From: Escherichia coli
GTDB taxonomy: Bacteria; Pseudomonadota; Gammaproteobacteria; Enterobacterales; Enterobacteriaceae
Length of the DNA stretch: 64,000 bases
Direction: 5' to 3' (one strand)
Assembly (NCBI RefSeq): GCF_030384885.1
Contig: NZ_CP128613.1
Made by a program: the position numbers and the translations under genes. The notes below the pieces were generated by a model. It did no database searches, was not told the origin of the DNA, and was given only the letters and a program-made list of their open reading frames with translations. Shown here one piece after another: positions 50,146 to 61,281 of the stretch. Positions within the stretch are counted from its first letter, which is position 1, and every line of letters starts with the position of its first letter.

Positions 50146-50380
50146 AACTGAAATTAACATACTGAAAGTTATGGCTGAGAAAGATATAAACTGGAACTGG
50201 ATGAATCTCGATCGCACACTATCTATAAGGCAAATTCCAGGATTCGGTAATGTTGTTAACATTGTTAACAAATTAGCTAACGAGGGTTTGGTTATTATTG
50301 AGGATAGCGGACATAAGTCTATGCCTCACTACCACGTTACTGATAAGGGATACAATCTCGTGAAAAGTGAGAATAAATAA
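50135..50380 (+). CDS. small protein downstream of the Hcp fusion; candidate immunity protein (alternative: small wHTH-like protein)
   Basis: 81-aa ORF (MITETEINILKVMAEKD...), or 91 aa from the upstream ATG at 50105. Its start overlaps the Hcp-fusion stop (ATGATAACTGA), the arrangement seen in toxin/immunity pairs. Confidence 0.5.
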   Translation: MITETEINILKVMAEKDINWNWMNLDRTLSIRQIPGFGNVVNIVNKLANEGLVIIEDSGHKSMPHYHVTDKGYNLVKSENK

Positions 50381-50527
50381 CGTAGCGTTGATTACTGAAC
50401 AAATCGCTCAGGATTATATTTTGCGAAAAAAATGATTCGGTTATTTCTGTGTCTGAACGGCCGCAGATAGCAAAATGGCTTCCGGTGATGGAAGCCATCA
50501 GATTATTGGCAAAGTGCGTGTTGTTCA

Positions 50528-50562
50528 TGCCGGATGCGGCGTGAACGCCTTATCTGGCCAAC
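50528..50562. repeat. REP element
   Basis: GCCGGATGCGGCGTGAACGCCTTATCTGGCC. Confidence 0.5.
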
Positions 50563-50666
50563 TAAATCTTGAAAATTCAATAAATTGAATAAATTATGTA
50601 GACTTGGTATCAGGCAGTTTTGCCTCTTTCATCGTACTGCAATTTACAGTGACTCGTTAATACTCA

Positions 50667-52928
50667 TCACCCCCGACGCAAATTCTGCGCCGCCTGCACC
50701 ATGTTCGCCAGTGCCGCGCGGGTTTCTGGCCAGCCGCGCGTTTTCAGACCACAGTCCGGGTTGACCCACAGACGCTCTGCCGGAATGCGTTTTGCCGCTT
50801 TCTTCAGCAGGGCTTCAATCCATTCCACGCTCGGTACGTTTGGCGAGTGAATGTCATAGACGCCAGGACCGATTTCATTTGGATAATCAAACTCTTCAAA
50901 CGACTCCAGCAACTCCATGTCGGAACGCGAGGTTTCGATTGTGATGACGTCTGCGTCCAGCGCCGCAATCGAATCCATGATGTCGTTGAACTCGCAGTAA
51001 CACATGTGAGTGTGGATTTGCGTGTCATCTTTCGCTACGGCAGCGTTGATACGGAAAGCCTCCACGCCCCACTGGAGATAGGCATCCCAGTCGCTGCGAC
51101 GCAGCGGTAAACCTTCGCGTAGCGCCGGTTCATCAATCTGGATGATGCCAATTCCAGCGGCTTCCAGATCGGCCACTTCATCACGAAGCGCCAGCGCAAT
51201 TTGTTTGGCGATGGTTTCACGGCTGACATCTTCACGCGGGAACGACCAGCAGAGAATGGTCACCGGGCCAGTCAGCATCCCTTTCACCGGTTTGTCGGTC
51301 AGCGATTGCGCATACTTTGCCCACTCCACGGTAATCGGTGCCGGGCGGCTAACGTCACCAATGACAATCGGCGGTTTCACGCAGCGGGAACCGTAGCTCT
51401 GTACCCAACCGTTTTGTGTAAAGACAAAACCGTCGAGGTGCTCACCAAAGTATTCCACCATGTCATTACGCTCGGCCTCACCATGCACCAGCACATCCAG
51501 ACCCAGACGTTCCTGCTCAACAATGGCCTGCTTGATATGTTCTGCAATGCCCGTACGATAGTTGTTGGCGTCGAGATTACCCTTTTTGAAATCCAGACGC
51601 AGGGTACGGATTTCTGTGGTTTGCGGGAAAGAGCCAATCGTGGTGGTCGGCCACGCGGGCAGTTTAAAACGCGCACGCTGGGCTTCAGCACGCACTTCAT
51701 AGACATTCGCACGCTGACTGTCCTGGGCGGTGATCGCCGCCAGACGCTTTTCTACTGCCGGATTATGTACACGAGTAGAGTGACGACGCGCCTGAATCGG
51801 TGCACTCCACTCTGCCAGAGCTGCCGTGTCACCACTGTTCAGCGCATCGCGCAGCAATGCCAGTTCATGGCATTTTTGCAGGGCGAAGGCAAACCAGCTT
51901 TTCACTTCTGCATCAAGACGCGTTTCCACGCTCAGGTCGATAGGGCTGTGCAGCAATGAGCAGGAAGATGCCACCCACAAATCACGTTTGCCGACAATGT
52001 CCTTAATTTGCGCATATTTCTCGGTAAGATCGGCGCGCCAGACGTTACGACCATTGATAAGACCCGCAGACAGCAGCCAGTCAGAAGGCAGACGCTTGTG
52101 CAGTTCAGCAACGTCATCTTTACCATGTACGAGATCGACATGCAGCCCCTGAACAGGCAGCGCAGTAATGGTGTCGAGGTTTGGCGTTACGCCTTCAAAA
52201 TAGGTGGTCAGCAGCAGTTTCACCTGGCCCTGGAGCGCGTCGTAAGCGGGTTTATAGGCGTCCAGCCACGCCTGCGGCAGTTCCAGCACCAGTGCGGGTT
52301 CGTCGATCTGTACCCACTCAATGCCACGTTTTGCCAGTTCTGCCAACACTTGCTGATAAACCGGCAGAATGTCGTTTAGCAGGCTCAGGCGATCAAACTG
52401 TTCACCTTTCACTTTACCCAGCCACAGGTAGGTAACCGGTCCCAGCAGCACGGGCTTGACCTTGTGGCCCAGCGCCAGCGCCTCGTCCACTTCCTCCAGC
52501 AGCTGCGTCCAGGTCAGTTTGAACTGTTGGCCTTTAACGAACTCCGGCACCATGTAGTGATAGTTGGTGTTAAACCATTTGGTCATTTCCGCTGCCGCCG
52601 CAGGTTCGCCAGTCGGCGCACGTCCACGACCAATACGGAACAGGGTGTCGATATCTACCGAACCATCTTTGTTCTGATGACGTGGCGGAACGTTACCCAG
52701 CAGCAGACTGGTGGTCAGTACATGATCGTACCAGGCAAAATCGCCCACCGGCAGCAGGTCGATACCCGCTTGCTTTTGTTGATCCCAGTGACGAGCACGC
52801 AGTTCACGCCCTACCGCCAGCAGTTCTTCACGCGTGGTGTTCCCGGCCCAATAACTCTCTTGCGCTTTTTTCAGCTCGCGACGCAGGCCAACGCGAGGGA
52901 AACCGAGGGTGTGATTCAATATTGTCAT
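50667..52928 (-). CDS. metE: cobalamin-independent methionine synthase
   Basis: 753-aa ORF ([30 protein letters not shown]...). Confidence 0.97.
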   Translation of the reverse strand: MTILNHTLGFPRVGLRRELKKAQESYWAGNTTREELLAVGRELRARHWDQQKQAGIDLLPVGDFAWYDHVLTTSLLLGNVPPRHQNKDGSVDIDTLFRIGRGRAPTGEPAAAAEMTKWFNTNYHYMVPEFVKGQQFKLTWTQLLEEVDEALALGHKVKPVLLGPVTYLWLGKVKGEQFDRLSLLNDILPVYQQVLAELAKRGIEWVQIDEPALVLELPQAWLDAYKPAYDALQGQVKLLLTTYFEGVTPNLDTITALPVQGLHVDLVHGKDDVAELHKRLPSDWLLSAGLINGRNVWRADLTEKYAQIKDIVGKRDLWVASSCSLLHSPIDLSVETRLDAEVKSWFAFALQKCHELALLRDALNSGDTAALAEWSAPIQARRHSTRVHNPAVEKRLAAITAQDSQRANVYEVRAEAQRARFKLPAWPTTTIGSFPQTTEIRTLRLDFKKGNLDANNYRTGIAEHIKQAIVEQERLGLDVLVHGEAERNDMVEYFGEHLDGFVFTQNGWVQSYGSRCVKPPIVIGDVSRPAPITVEWAKYAQSLTDKPVKGMLTGPVTILCWSFPREDVSRETIAKQIALALRDEVADLEAAGIGIIQIDEPALREGLPLRRSDWDAYLQWGVEAFRINAAVAKDDTQIHTHMCYCEFNDIMDSIAALDADVITIETSRSDMELLESFEEFDYPNEIGPGVYDIHSPNVPSVEWIEALLKKAAKRIPAERLWVNPDCGLKTRGWPETRAALANMVQAAQNLRRG

Positions 52929-53163
52929 TTTTCTTCCTCTAATTATATGTAAATCCTATGGATTTTGAATTTAGGGAAGGCGGCAAGTTTATTCATCCCC
53001 GGGAGCTTACTGAAGTAAGTGACCGGGGTGAAGAAACGCAGCCAACGCACCATAAATTTAAAAGACGAAGGATTTTAGCCGTCCAGATGTTTACACATCC
53101 ATAATTGGCGGTTACTGTATATTCCTCAAGCGCAAATTATTCATGCCGAAGTGAAGGACTTTC

Positions 53164-54117
53164 ATGATCGAAGTAAAACACCTGAAAACGCTACAAGCGT
53201 TGCGGAACTGCGGCTCACTCGCAGCCGCTGCGGCGACGTTGCATCAAACGCAATCCGCCCTGTCTCACCAGTTTAGCGATCTGGAACAACGCCTTGGCTT
53301 CCGGCTATTTGTGCGTAAAAGCCAGCCGCTTCGGTTTACACCGCAGGGAGAAATCCTGTTGCAACTGGCGAATCAGGTGCTGCCGCAAATCAGCCAGGCA
53401 CTGCAAGCCTGCAATGAACCGCAGCAGACGCGCCTGCGCATTGCCATTGAGTGCCATAGCTGTATTCAGTGGCTGACGCCCGCGTTAGAAAATTTCCATA
53501 AGAACTGGCCGCAGGTGGAGATGGATTTTAAATCGGGCGTGACGTTTGACCCGCAGCCCGCGTTGCAGCAGGGTGAGCTGGATCTGGTGATGACCTCCGA
53601 TATTCTGCCGCGCAGTGGCCTGCATTATTCGCCGATGTTCGATTATGAAGTGCGTCTGGTGTTGGCACCTGACCATCCACTGGCGACAAAAACGCGAATC
53701 ACGCCGGAAGATCTCGCCAGCGAAACGCTGTTGATTTATCCGGTGCAGCGTAGCCGACTGGATGTCTGGCGGCATTTTCTTCAGCCCGCAGGCGTTAGCC
53801 CGTCACTGAAAAGCGTCGATAACACCTTGTTGTTGATTCAGATGGTTGCCGCGCGGATGGGCATCGCTGCGCTACCGCACTGGGTGGTGGAGAGTTTTGA
53901 ACGCCAGGGTCTGGTGGTCACCAAAACCCTGGGCGAAGGCTTGTGGAGCCGACTGTACGCCGCCGTGCGCGATGGCGAGCAGCGTCAGCCGATTACAGAA
54001 GCGTTTATTCGCTCAGCGCGCAATCACGCCTGCGATCATCTGCCGTTTGTGAAGAGCGCGGAGCGACCCACTTACGATGCACCCACAGTGAGGCCAGGAT
54101 CACCAGCGCGCCTGTAA
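53164..54117 (+). CDS. metR: LysR-family transcriptional regulator MetR
   Basis: 317-aa ORF with N-terminal LysR HTH ([39 protein letters not shown]); divergent from metE. Confidence 0.96.
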   Translation: MIEVKHLKTLQALRNCGSLAAAAATLHQTQSALSHQFSDLEQRLGFRLFVRKSQPLRFTPQGEILLQLANQVLPQISQALQACNEPQQTRLRIAIECHSCIQWLTPALENFHKNWPQVEMDFKSGVTFDPQPALQQGELDLVMTSDILPRSGLHYSPMFDYEVRLVLAPDHPLATKTRITPEDLASETLLIYPVQRSRLDVWRHFLQPAGVSPSLKSVDNTLLLIQMVAARMGIAALPHWVVESFERQGLVVTKTLGEGLWSRLYAAVRDGEQRQPITEAFIRSARNHACDHLPFVKSAERPTYDAPTVRPGSPARL

Positions 54118-54904
54118 TAAACGTTGGCCAGTGCGGCTGTTGGTGCCAGATAGCCAGGTTAACCAACAGCCCTGCCGGAACGTGCATATTATTCATAATG
54201 CCCAGCGTTCCGGCGTCCACCTGAGTCGCGCCGTAGTTCCACATAAAGTAGCCAATACCGGAAGCCACCACGCCAAGAAACACCAGAATGCCCCATTGCA
54301 GCGTGGTTTGCGGCATTTTCTGCGCATTTCCCAGCAAGAACCATGCAATCACCGCCACCAGGAACGCGCCAAGATAGAACCACGCAAAGGCGTTATGCTG
54401 CGGCATCGGGCGAGTTTCCATCAGGCGTTTGTAACCCACCATGCCGATGGCAAAAGTGATATTGGAGAGTTGTACCAGTAACAGGCCGGTCCAGAAGTGG
54501 TCGGTGACCTGATCATAGCGAATAATTCCGGCACCAATCACCGCCAACAAGGCGCTAAAAGCATAGCCCCAGCGCAGACGGCGCTTACTCATGATGTCAT
54601 AAATCAGCGTGATGTAGAGCGGAGTCAGTACGGTGAACAGCAACAGCTCGGAGACCGTCAGGTAGAGATAGGCGCGAAAACTCAGCATATACATCACGCC
54701 AAGCTGCATCGCGCCCACCAGCATATACAGGCCAACCGTTTTCAGGCTATTGCCACGGGTACGCAGAAACGGCAGAAACACGAGTGCCGCCAGGCCAACG
54801 CGCACCAGCACTGCAAAATAGCTATCGACGTGCCCCGCAAGGTACTCGCCATAAAAGCTAAAGGAGAAGGCCCACAGAATCGTGGTGATGATAAGTAGCG
54901 CCAC
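54005..54904 (-). CDS. yigM: DMT-family inner membrane transporter YigM (BioP-like)
   Basis: 299-aa ten-TM EamA-type protein; its 3' end overlaps the metR 3' end on the opposite strand. Confidence 0.9.
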   Translation of the reverse strand: MALLIITTILWAFSFSFYGEYLAGHVDSYFAVLVRVGLAALVFLPFLRTRGNSLKTVGLYMLVGAMQLGVMYMLSFRAYLYLTVSELLLFTVLTPLYITLIYDIMSKRRLRWGYAFSALLAVIGAGIIRYDQVTDHFWTGLLLVQLSNITFAIGMVGYKRLMETRPMPQHNAFAWFYLGAFLVAVIAWFLLGNAQKMPQTTLQWGILVFLGVVASGIGYFMWNYGATQVDAGTLGIMNNMHVPAGLLVNLAIWHQQPHWPTFITGALVILASLWVHRKWVAPRSSQTADDRRRDCALSE

Positions 54905-54979
54905 AATGGAAAACTCTTTGATTAACGAGTATCCATTGTAGCGAAGTATCAGGTTGACAACTGACCAAATAAAGAACGA

Positions 54980-55780
54980 TTACGATAAATAGAGTTTACG
55001 CAGATAATGCGGCACCGCGTCTTCGGCATTAGTACCAATCACTTCCAGCTCCGGATGCAGATCTTTCAGACGCTGGTGCGCACTGCCCATAATGCAGCCT
55101 TTACCTGCCATCGACAGCATTTCGGCGTCGTTCATCCCGTCACCAAAGGCAATACAATCTTTCAGACTGTAGCCCAGTTTCTTCGCCACCGCTTCCAGGG
55201 CATGGCCTTTTGAAACGCCGCCCGCCATCACTTCCAGACAAGTTAGGGTAGAGAAACTGACATTGACGCGATCGCCCCAACGAGCGTTGATTGCCTGTTC
55301 CAGCGGCAGCAGTTGTTCATGAGAATCACAGGTGAAGAACACTTTACTGACGCCTTCCGGATCCAGTAATCCTGGCTCATACAGCGCATACTTGAACACC
55401 GCTTCTTTAAAAAAGCGCATCTCTTCCGGGCGGTGGCGATTCATAAACCATTCGTCGTCGCGATAAACGTTAGTAATGATGTCCGGGTTGTCGTTGACCA
55501 CGCCAAACAGATCGCTGGCAATGTCGCGATCCAGGTTATGAGCAAAAATCAGATTGCCATCCAGATCGTGAACACGCGCGCCATTGGAGGTAATCATGTA
55601 AGACTTAATCTCCAGATTATCGCGAATTTGCCCTACATCAACGTGGTGGCGACCGGTCGCAAACACAAAGTTAATGCCGCGCGCGGTGAGGAGCTTCAGA
55701 GTTTCTTTGGCGTAAGGGGATAACGTATGGTCGGGAGAAAGTAACGTGCCATCTAAATCAGACGCAACAACCTGGTACAT
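54980..55780 (-). CDS. yigL: HAD-family sugar phosphatase YigL
   Basis: 266-aa ORF from MYQVVASDLDGTLL (HAD motif I DxDGT); start chosen inside the longer track ORF. Confidence 0.9.
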   Translation of the reverse strand: MYQVVASDLDGTLLSPDHTLSPYAKETLKLLTARGINFVFATGRHHVDVGQIRDNLEIKSYMITSNGARVHDLDGNLIFAHNLDRDIASDLFGVVNDNPDIITNVYRDDEWFMNRHRPEEMRFFKEAVFKYALYEPGLLDPEGVSKVFFTCDSHEQLLPLEQAINARWGDRVNVSFSTLTCLEVMAGGVSKGHALEAVAKKLGYSLKDCIAFGDGMNDAEMLSMAGKGCIMGSAHQRLKDLHPELEVIGTNAEDAVPHYLRKLYLS

Positions 55781-55787
55781 AAGAAAT

Positions 55788-56810
55788 TTAAACCTCTGTA
55801 GAGCGGTTTCCGCTGGGTGAGTTATGCCTGTTGAAAAAATCAACAATGGCGTGGAGCGCGACTGAGCGCATTGCGTCCTTTTCAAAAAGGATCTCATGGT
55901 ACGCACCTTTAATTACCAGCGGTCGTCCTCCTTCGACAGGATGGCCCGCAGCGGTGCGGAGTTCACAAAAACGGTCGTGCATGCGGTTATCCACCACGCG
56001 TTCCTCTTCAGCCTGCAAGAGAAGCGTTGGCGTGGCGTCATCACCCGCACCGGCTAACACCTGTTCGCCAGCCAGAATACTTTCGCGTACCCAATGGTAG
56101 GTCGGCCCACCGACGCGAATCGTTGGGTCATCAGCATAGAAGCGTAAGTTACGTCGATATCGCTGTCTGCTGTGGGTCAGTACGTTGATAGCAAACGGCA
56201 ACGCGCGCCAGCGCCCGGTGCCTATTGCATAGCCATCACGGAAACGTGGATGTGCTTCGGCCCAGTTAAGGATCTGCCGCGCCATAAATGACGGCATACG
56301 AATCACGATCCCAAACATTGGTGCAGTTAGCGCAATGGCGTCACATACACCTGGATGGCGTTGCAGAAATAACGTGGAGATCGCACCGCCCATCGAATGT
56401 GCCAGTATATAGCGCTTACGCCACGGACCGGGCTGGACCTCCTGTTGCCAGAATGCCGCCAGATCATCAACATAATCATTGAAGCGATTAACATGCCCAA
56501 GATGCGGATCGGCTAACAGGCGACCGGAACGTCCCTGCCCGCGATGGTCGATGATTAAGACATCAAACCCCAAATGGAACAGGTCGTAGGCCAGTTCCGC
56601 ATATTTTACGTAGCTCTCAATACGCCCCGGGCAGATGACTACCACCCGGTCATGGTGCTGTGCGCGAAAACGGACAAAGCGCACCGGAATGTCATCTACA
56701 CCAGTAAACTCTGCTTCATCACGCTGACGCCAGAAATCAGTCAGCGGTCCCATGGTAAAAGCAGCAAACGCGTTTTCTCTTGTTTCCCAGTCTTTTTGCT
56801 GCTGAAACAT
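55788..56810 (-). CDS. pldB: lysophospholipase L2
   Basis: 340-aa alpha/beta hydrolase with GHSMGG nucleophile motif. Confidence 0.95.
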   Translation of the reverse strand: MFQQQKDWETRENAFAAFTMGPLTDFWRQRDEAEFTGVDDIPVRFVRFRAQHHDRVVVICPGRIESYVKYAELAYDLFHLGFDVLIIDHRGQGRSGRLLADPHLGHVNRFNDYVDDLAAFWQQEVQPGPWRKRYILAHSMGGAISTLFLQRHPGVCDAIALTAPMFGIVIRMPSFMARQILNWAEAHPRFRDGYAIGTGRWRALPFAINVLTHSRQRYRRNLRFYADDPTIRVGGPTYHWVRESILAGEQVLAGAGDDATPTLLLQAEEERVVDNRMHDRFCELRTAAGHPVEGGRPLVIKGAYHEILFEKDAMRSVALHAIVDFFNRHNSPSGNRSTEV

Positions 56811-56920
56811 CGGGTAATCTGCCTCTTAAACCACGTAAAATCGTTTTTTTAAGCGTGCCTGACACAACGCTTCGACAGTAGCGTATTGTGGCACAAAAAT
56901 AGACACACCGGGAGTTCATC

Positions 56921-57541
56921 ATGACCTTAGAATGGTGGTTTGCCTACCTGCTAACATCAATCATTTTAAGCCTGTCGCCAGGCTCTGGTGCAATCAACAC
57001 CATGACCACCTCGCTCAACCACGGTTATCGTGGTGCGATGGCGTCTATTGCCGGTTTGCAGACGGGGCTGGCAATACATATTGTGCTGGTTGGCGTGGGT
57101 TTAGGAACGCTATTTTCCCGCTCAGTGATTGCGTTTGAAGTGTTGAAGTGGGCAGGTGCAGCTTATTTGATTTGGCTGGGAATACAGCAGTGGCGCGCCG
57201 CTGGCGCAATTGATCTTAAATCGTTGGCCTCAACCCAATCACGCCGACATTTGTTCCAGCGCGCAGTTTTTGTGAATCTCACCAATCCCAAAAGTATTGT
57301 GTTTCTGGCGGCGCTCTTTCCGCAATTCATCATGCCGCAGCAGCCGCAACTGATGCAGTATATCGTGCTCGGCGTCACCACTATTGTGGTCGATATTATT
57401 GTGATGATCGGTTACGCCACCCTCGCCCAACGGATCGCATTATGGATAAAAGGGCCAAAACAGATGAAGGCGCTGAATAAGATTTTCGGCTCGTTGTTTA
57501 TGCTGGTAGGAGCGTTGTTGGCATCGGCGAGACATGCGTGA
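56921..57541 (+). CDS. rhtB: homoserine/homoserine lactone efflux protein (LysE/RhtB family)
   Basis: 206-aa six-TM ORF ([27 protein letters not shown]). Confidence 0.95.
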   Translation: MTLEWWFAYLLTSIILSLSPGSGAINTMTTSLNHGYRGAMASIAGLQTGLAIHIVLVGVGLGTLFSRSVIAFEVLKWAGAAYLIWLGIQQWRAAGAIDLKSLASTQSRRHLFQRAVFVNLTNPKSIVFLAALFPQFIMPQQPQLMQYIVLGVTTIVVDIIVMIGYATLAQRIALWIKGPKQMKALNKIFGSLFMLVGALLASARHA

Positions 57542-57549
57542 AAAATAAT

Positions 57550-57590
57550 GTCGGATGCGGCGTAAACGCCTTATCCGACTTACTCTGATG
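57550..57590. repeat. REP element between convergent rhtB and rhtC
   Basis: TGTCGGATGCGGCGTAAACGCCTTATCCGAC palindrome. Confidence 0.5.
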
Positions 57591-57602
57591 ACGCGTCTGG
57601 CA

Positions 57603-58223
57603 TCAACGCGAAATAATCAAATGAATGCCAAATCCGGCAAATAACGCCCCGGCAAAACCATCAATCCACTTCGCCAGACGTTGATAACCACGGCGCATTT
57701 GCGGTAGAGCAAACAGGCTGGCAACCACCGTAAACCACGCCAGCGTTTCGACAATAATCAACGCGAAAATGCCCCAGCGCTCAGTGGTGCCGACGTTCTC
57801 ACCAACAAACAATGAGAATACCGAACCAAAGTAGATAATCGCTTTCGGATTGGCGAGATTAGTCAGTAATCCTTTGAGGAAACTACGCCCGCTTTTCGCC
57901 AGCTCGACCTGTGGCGCAGGCGCAGAAACAGCCTCTTTTTTCAGCGCGCCACGCAGCATCTGGTAACCCATCCAGCAAAGATACAGGCCACCGCCCACCA
58001 TAATCAGCGTATGCAGCCAGGCCATTTTTTCGATAATCAAATGCAGGCCAAGCAACGCGATCCCTGCCCAAACCATTACGCCGCAGGTAATGCCCAGCAC
58101 GCCCATCATCGCCTCTTTACGGGAACGACTGACAGCGGTCTGAGAAACAAAGAAGAAATCGGGACCGGGGCTCATAAGCGCCACAATATGAACCATGGCA
58201 ACGGTGAGGAATAACATCAACAT
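57603..58223 (-). CDS. rhtC: threonine efflux protein (LysE/RhtB family)
   Basis: 206-aa six-TM ORF (MLMLFLTVAMVHIVALMSPGPDFFFV). Confidence 0.95.
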   Translation of the reverse strand: MLMLFLTVAMVHIVALMSPGPDFFFVSQTAVSRSRKEAMMGVLGITCGVMVWAGIALLGLHLIIEKMAWLHTLIMVGGGLYLCWMGYQMLRGALKKEAVSAPAPQVELAKSGRSFLKGLLTNLANPKAIIYFGSVFSLFVGENVGTTERWGIFALIIVETLAWFTVVASLFALPQMRRGYQRLAKWIDGFAGALFAGFGIHLIISR

Positions 58224-58286
58224 ACAATTGACTCGCGGAGAAATCGTTTACGGAGTCTTCATCCTGGCACTTTTTTATGCTGCTGA

Positions 58287-60116
58287 CTACTCTTCGTCAT
58301 CGCCATCGACATGCGCACGGATAAGTGCCATAAACGGTTTGCCAAAGCGTTCCAGCTTGCGCATCCCAACGCCGTTAACGCTGAGCATTTCGCTGGCGGA
58401 GATCGGCATCTGTTCCGCCATCTCAATCAAGGTCGCATCGTTAAACACCACATACGGCGGGACATTACTTTCATCGGCAATCGATTTACGCAGTTTGCGT
58501 AATTTAGCGAACAGTTTACGATCGTAATTGCCGCCGAACGATTTCTGCATCGCCTTCGGTTTAAGCGCCACAATACGCGGCACGGCAAGTTGTAAAGAGG
58601 ATTCGCCGCGCAACACAGGCCGTGCGGCTTCTGTCAGTTGTAATGCCGAATGCTGGGCGATGTTTTGCGTCACCAGACCGAGGTGGATCAACTGGCGGAT
58701 TACGCTCACCCAGTGCTCATGACTTTTATCGCGACCCATGCCGTAGACTTTCAGTTTGTCATGACCATAGTCGCGGATTCGCTGGTTATTGGCGCCGCGA
58801 ATCACTTCCACTACATAGCCCATACCAAAACGCTGATTCACACGACCAATGGTGGAAAGCGCAATCTGCGCATCGGTTGAACCATCGTATTGTTTCGGCG
58901 GATCGAGGCAGATATCGCAGTTCCCGCACGGCTCCTGCCGCCCTTCGCCAAAGTAGTTCAGCAGCACCAGACGACGGCAAGTTTGCGCTTCGGCAAACGC
59001 GCCCATCGCATTGAGTTTATGGCGCTCGATATCCTGCAACTGCCCCTGCGGCTTCTCTTCCAGACAACGGCGCAGCCACGCCATATCAGCCGGATCGTAA
59101 AACAGCATCGCTTCCGCGGGCAGGCCATCACGCCCGGCGCGACCGGTTTCCTGATAATAGGATTCGATATTGCGTGGAATATCAAAGTGAACCACGAAGC
59201 GGACGTTAGGCTTGTTGATGCCCATGCCGAACGCTACCGTCGCCACCACAATTTGCAGGTCATCACGCTGGAATTTTTCCTGCACGTCCGCACGGACATC
59301 GTTTTCAAGCCCGGCGTGATAAGCCGCTGCGCTGATACCCTTGCTTTGCAGACGTGCGGCGGTGTCTTCTACTTTCGCACGACTATTACAGTAAATAATC
59401 CCCGACTTACCGCGTTGTTCCTGCACGTAGCGCATCAACTGATCGAGCGGTTTGAATTTCTCCATCAGCATGTAGCGAATGTTCGGGCGATCAAAACTGC
59501 TGATTTGAATCAGCGGATCGTTCAGCCCCAGCAGGCGCACGATATCCTGCCGCGTGGTGTCGTCGGCGGTGGCGGTTAGCGCCATAAACGGCAGAGTAGG
59601 AAAACGCTGACGCAGCTGACCGAGCGCGGCGTATTCCGGGCGGAAATCGTGCCCCCATTGGGAGATACAGTGCGCTTCATCAACGGCTAATAACACTGGA
59701 TTCCAGTGCGCCAGATGCTCAAGGAAGTTATCCAGCATCAGGCGTTCCGGCGCGATATACAGCAGGCGGATTTGCCCGGTGCGGCAGCCTGTCATTACTT
59801 CAAGCTGCTGCTCGCGGGTTTGCGTCGAGTTAAGGCACGCCGCCGCCACGCCGTTGGCCTGTAGCTGATCCACCTGATCTTTCATCAACGAAATCAGTGG
59901 TGAAACAACCACGGTAAGACCGTTTAGCAGTAAGGCAGGAATTTGATAGCAAAGGGATTTTCCGCCACCAGTGGGCATGACGACCAGGCAATCGCTACCG
60001 GAAAGTACGGTGTCGATAATCTCTTCCTGGCCGGGGCGAAACTGTTGGTAGCCAAAGGTTTCTTGTAAAACCTGTTTAGCCCCGGACTCCAGATTCAACA
60101 CTTCCGCCTGCGCCAC
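58287..60116 (-). CDS. recQ: ATP-dependent DNA helicase RecQ
   Basis: 609-aa ORF with helicase motifs ([16 protein letters not shown]), zinc-binding cluster (CGNCDIC) and C-terminal HRDC region. Confidence 0.97.
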   Translation of the reverse strand: MAQAEVLNLESGAKQVLQETFGYQQFRPGQEEIIDTVLSGSDCLVVMPTGGGKSLCYQIPALLLNGLTVVVSPLISLMKDQVDQLQANGVAAACLNSTQTREQQLEVMTGCRTGQIRLLYIAPERLMLDNFLEHLAHWNPVLLAVDEAHCISQWGHDFRPEYAALGQLRQRFPTLPFMALTATADDTTRQDIVRLLGLNDPLIQISSFDRPNIRYMLMEKFKPLDQLMRYVQEQRGKSGIIYCNSRAKVEDTAARLQSKGISAAAYHAGLENDVRADVQEKFQRDDLQIVVATVAFGMGINKPNVRFVVHFDIPRNIESYYQETGRAGRDGLPAEAMLFYDPADMAWLRRCLEEKPQGQLQDIERHKLNAMGAFAEAQTCRRLVLLNYFGEGRQEPCGNCDICLDPPKQYDGSTDAQIALSTIGRVNQRFGMGYVVEVIRGANNQRIRDYGHDKLKVYGMGRDKSHEHWVSVIRQLIHLGLVTQNIAQHSALQLTEAARPVLRGESSLQLAVPRIVALKPKAMQKSFGGNYDRKLFAKLRKLRKSIADESNVPPYVVFNDATLIEMAEQMPISASEMLSVNGVGMRKLERFGKPFMALIRAHVDGDDEE

Positions 60117-60133
60117 ATTAACCCCGATTGCCT

Positions 60134-60165
60134 GAAATAAAAACAGGCGCTATTTTCAGCGCCTG
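60134..60165 (-). terminator. hairpin terminator downstream of pldA
   Basis: Stem CAGGCGC / GCGCCTG with a U-run on the minus strand (A-run at 60137-60145 on +). Confidence 0.5.
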
Positions 60166-60247
60166 CGCGAGAAACTGCAATGCTTTTAGTCTCTGAGAGG
60201 GTAATCCTGGATGCTGGATTCCAGTTTTGCCTTTCAATCAACTCACA

Positions 60248-61117
60248 TTAGAACAAGTCGTTCAGCATAACCCCCACACCCACACGGGTCTGGTTAAAGT
60301 TATAGTCGATGAGCGATTCGCCATAACCGCTGTAAACCTGGGTATAAAGGCGCACATGCCTGGTGATCGGGTAACTTAAGCCTAACTCCGCACCACCGTA
60401 ACCGGTGTTCCAGTTGTACTGTCCTTTCGCACTCAGCACCGCATCACCCAGGTGATAGCCGATTTTAAGCTGGTAGTAACCCATATATTTGGTGATATCT
60501 GGGTTATCGTCAGTATTCCCCACCACATACCACGGCTTCACCTCTACCAGCCAGTTACCGTTTTCTGCCATCAGACGGGTATAAAGGCGGTTCCAGCTGC
60601 GGGAAGTCGGGTCTGAACGCCCGTTAGAGTCGTGGTTATAACCCATCTCCACATCGCGCAGCGTCCAGCCAGCAAAGCGGTAATCTGTGGCAAAACCAAG
60701 GAACAATTGCGGTTCGTAGTTGGTTTCACGAAACGGTGAAGACTCTTCGCTATTGGACAGTTGCCACCAGGATTTTTGCGTGTAAGAAGCTCCCAACACC
60801 GAATTTGGCCCCAATATTCCGCGCCACAGCGGAAATGCCAGGCTCAACTGGAATTTCACTTCATCCTTACGCGCGTTTTCCGCCCAGTCATAACTGGCGA
60901 TCGCTTCTTTGTTCAGATCGCTGGTTTGGGTGTAGATGAGGTAGTTGGTGTCATAAGGATAGAGCGTGAAAGGATTGTCATGCTCCTGCAGCATATTCGC
61001 AATAATACTGCCACGCACCGCAGGCGCGTCATGCACCTCTTTTACCGTTGCCTCTTGCGCATACACTGCCATTGGCAACATAAACACCGGCAACAACCAG
61101 CCCTGCAGAGTCCGCAT
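60248..61117 (-). CDS. pldA: outer membrane phospholipase A
   Basis: 289-aa ORF with signal peptide (MRTLQGWLLPVFMLPMAVYA) and beta-barrel C-terminal Phe. Confidence 0.96.
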   Translation of the reverse strand: MRTLQGWLLPVFMLPMAVYAQEATVKEVHDAPAVRGSIIANMLQEHDNPFTLYPYDTNYLIYTQTSDLNKEAIASYDWAENARKDEVKFQLSLAFPLWRGILGPNSVLGASYTQKSWWQLSNSEESSPFRETNYEPQLFLGFATDYRFAGWTLRDVEMGYNHDSNGRSDPTSRSWNRLYTRLMAENGNWLVEVKPWYVVGNTDDNPDITKYMGYYQLKIGYHLGDAVLSAKGQYNWNTGYGGAELGLSYPITRHVRLYTQVYSGYGESLIDYNFNQTRVGVGVMLNDLF

Positions 61118-61281
61118 CGGTCGTGTTCTCCGTAACGAATTATTGATTAGATGAATATTTTTCTGCGGGCTATTTTACATACTTAACTCCTTTGCCGTTA
61201 GTTATCCCTTCCTAAAGTAGAAACCAACAAAAAAGAAGCATAAAATCAACATTTCATTAACCAATGAAGTGTAAGGATGAT

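Noticed and set aside
51201-51959. 252-aa + strand ORF inside metE (and 52008..52379, 52464..52952)
   Set aside because: Antisense frames of metE; no independent support.
52929-53163. MetJ met-boxes and MetR site in the metE-metR divergent region
   Set aside because: Expected here from established knowledge, but I could only find degenerate AGACGTCT-like repeats (for example around 53070-53110) and could not place confident site boundaries.
58890-59579. 229-aa + strand ORF inside recQ
   Set aside because: Antisense frame of recQ.
60122-60140. Possible LexA box in the recQ promoter region (CTGAAATAAAAACAG)
   Set aside because: Spacing is CTG-N9-CAG rather than the canonical CTGT-N8-ACAG, and the sequence overlaps the pldA terminator hairpin; too weak to call from sequence alone.
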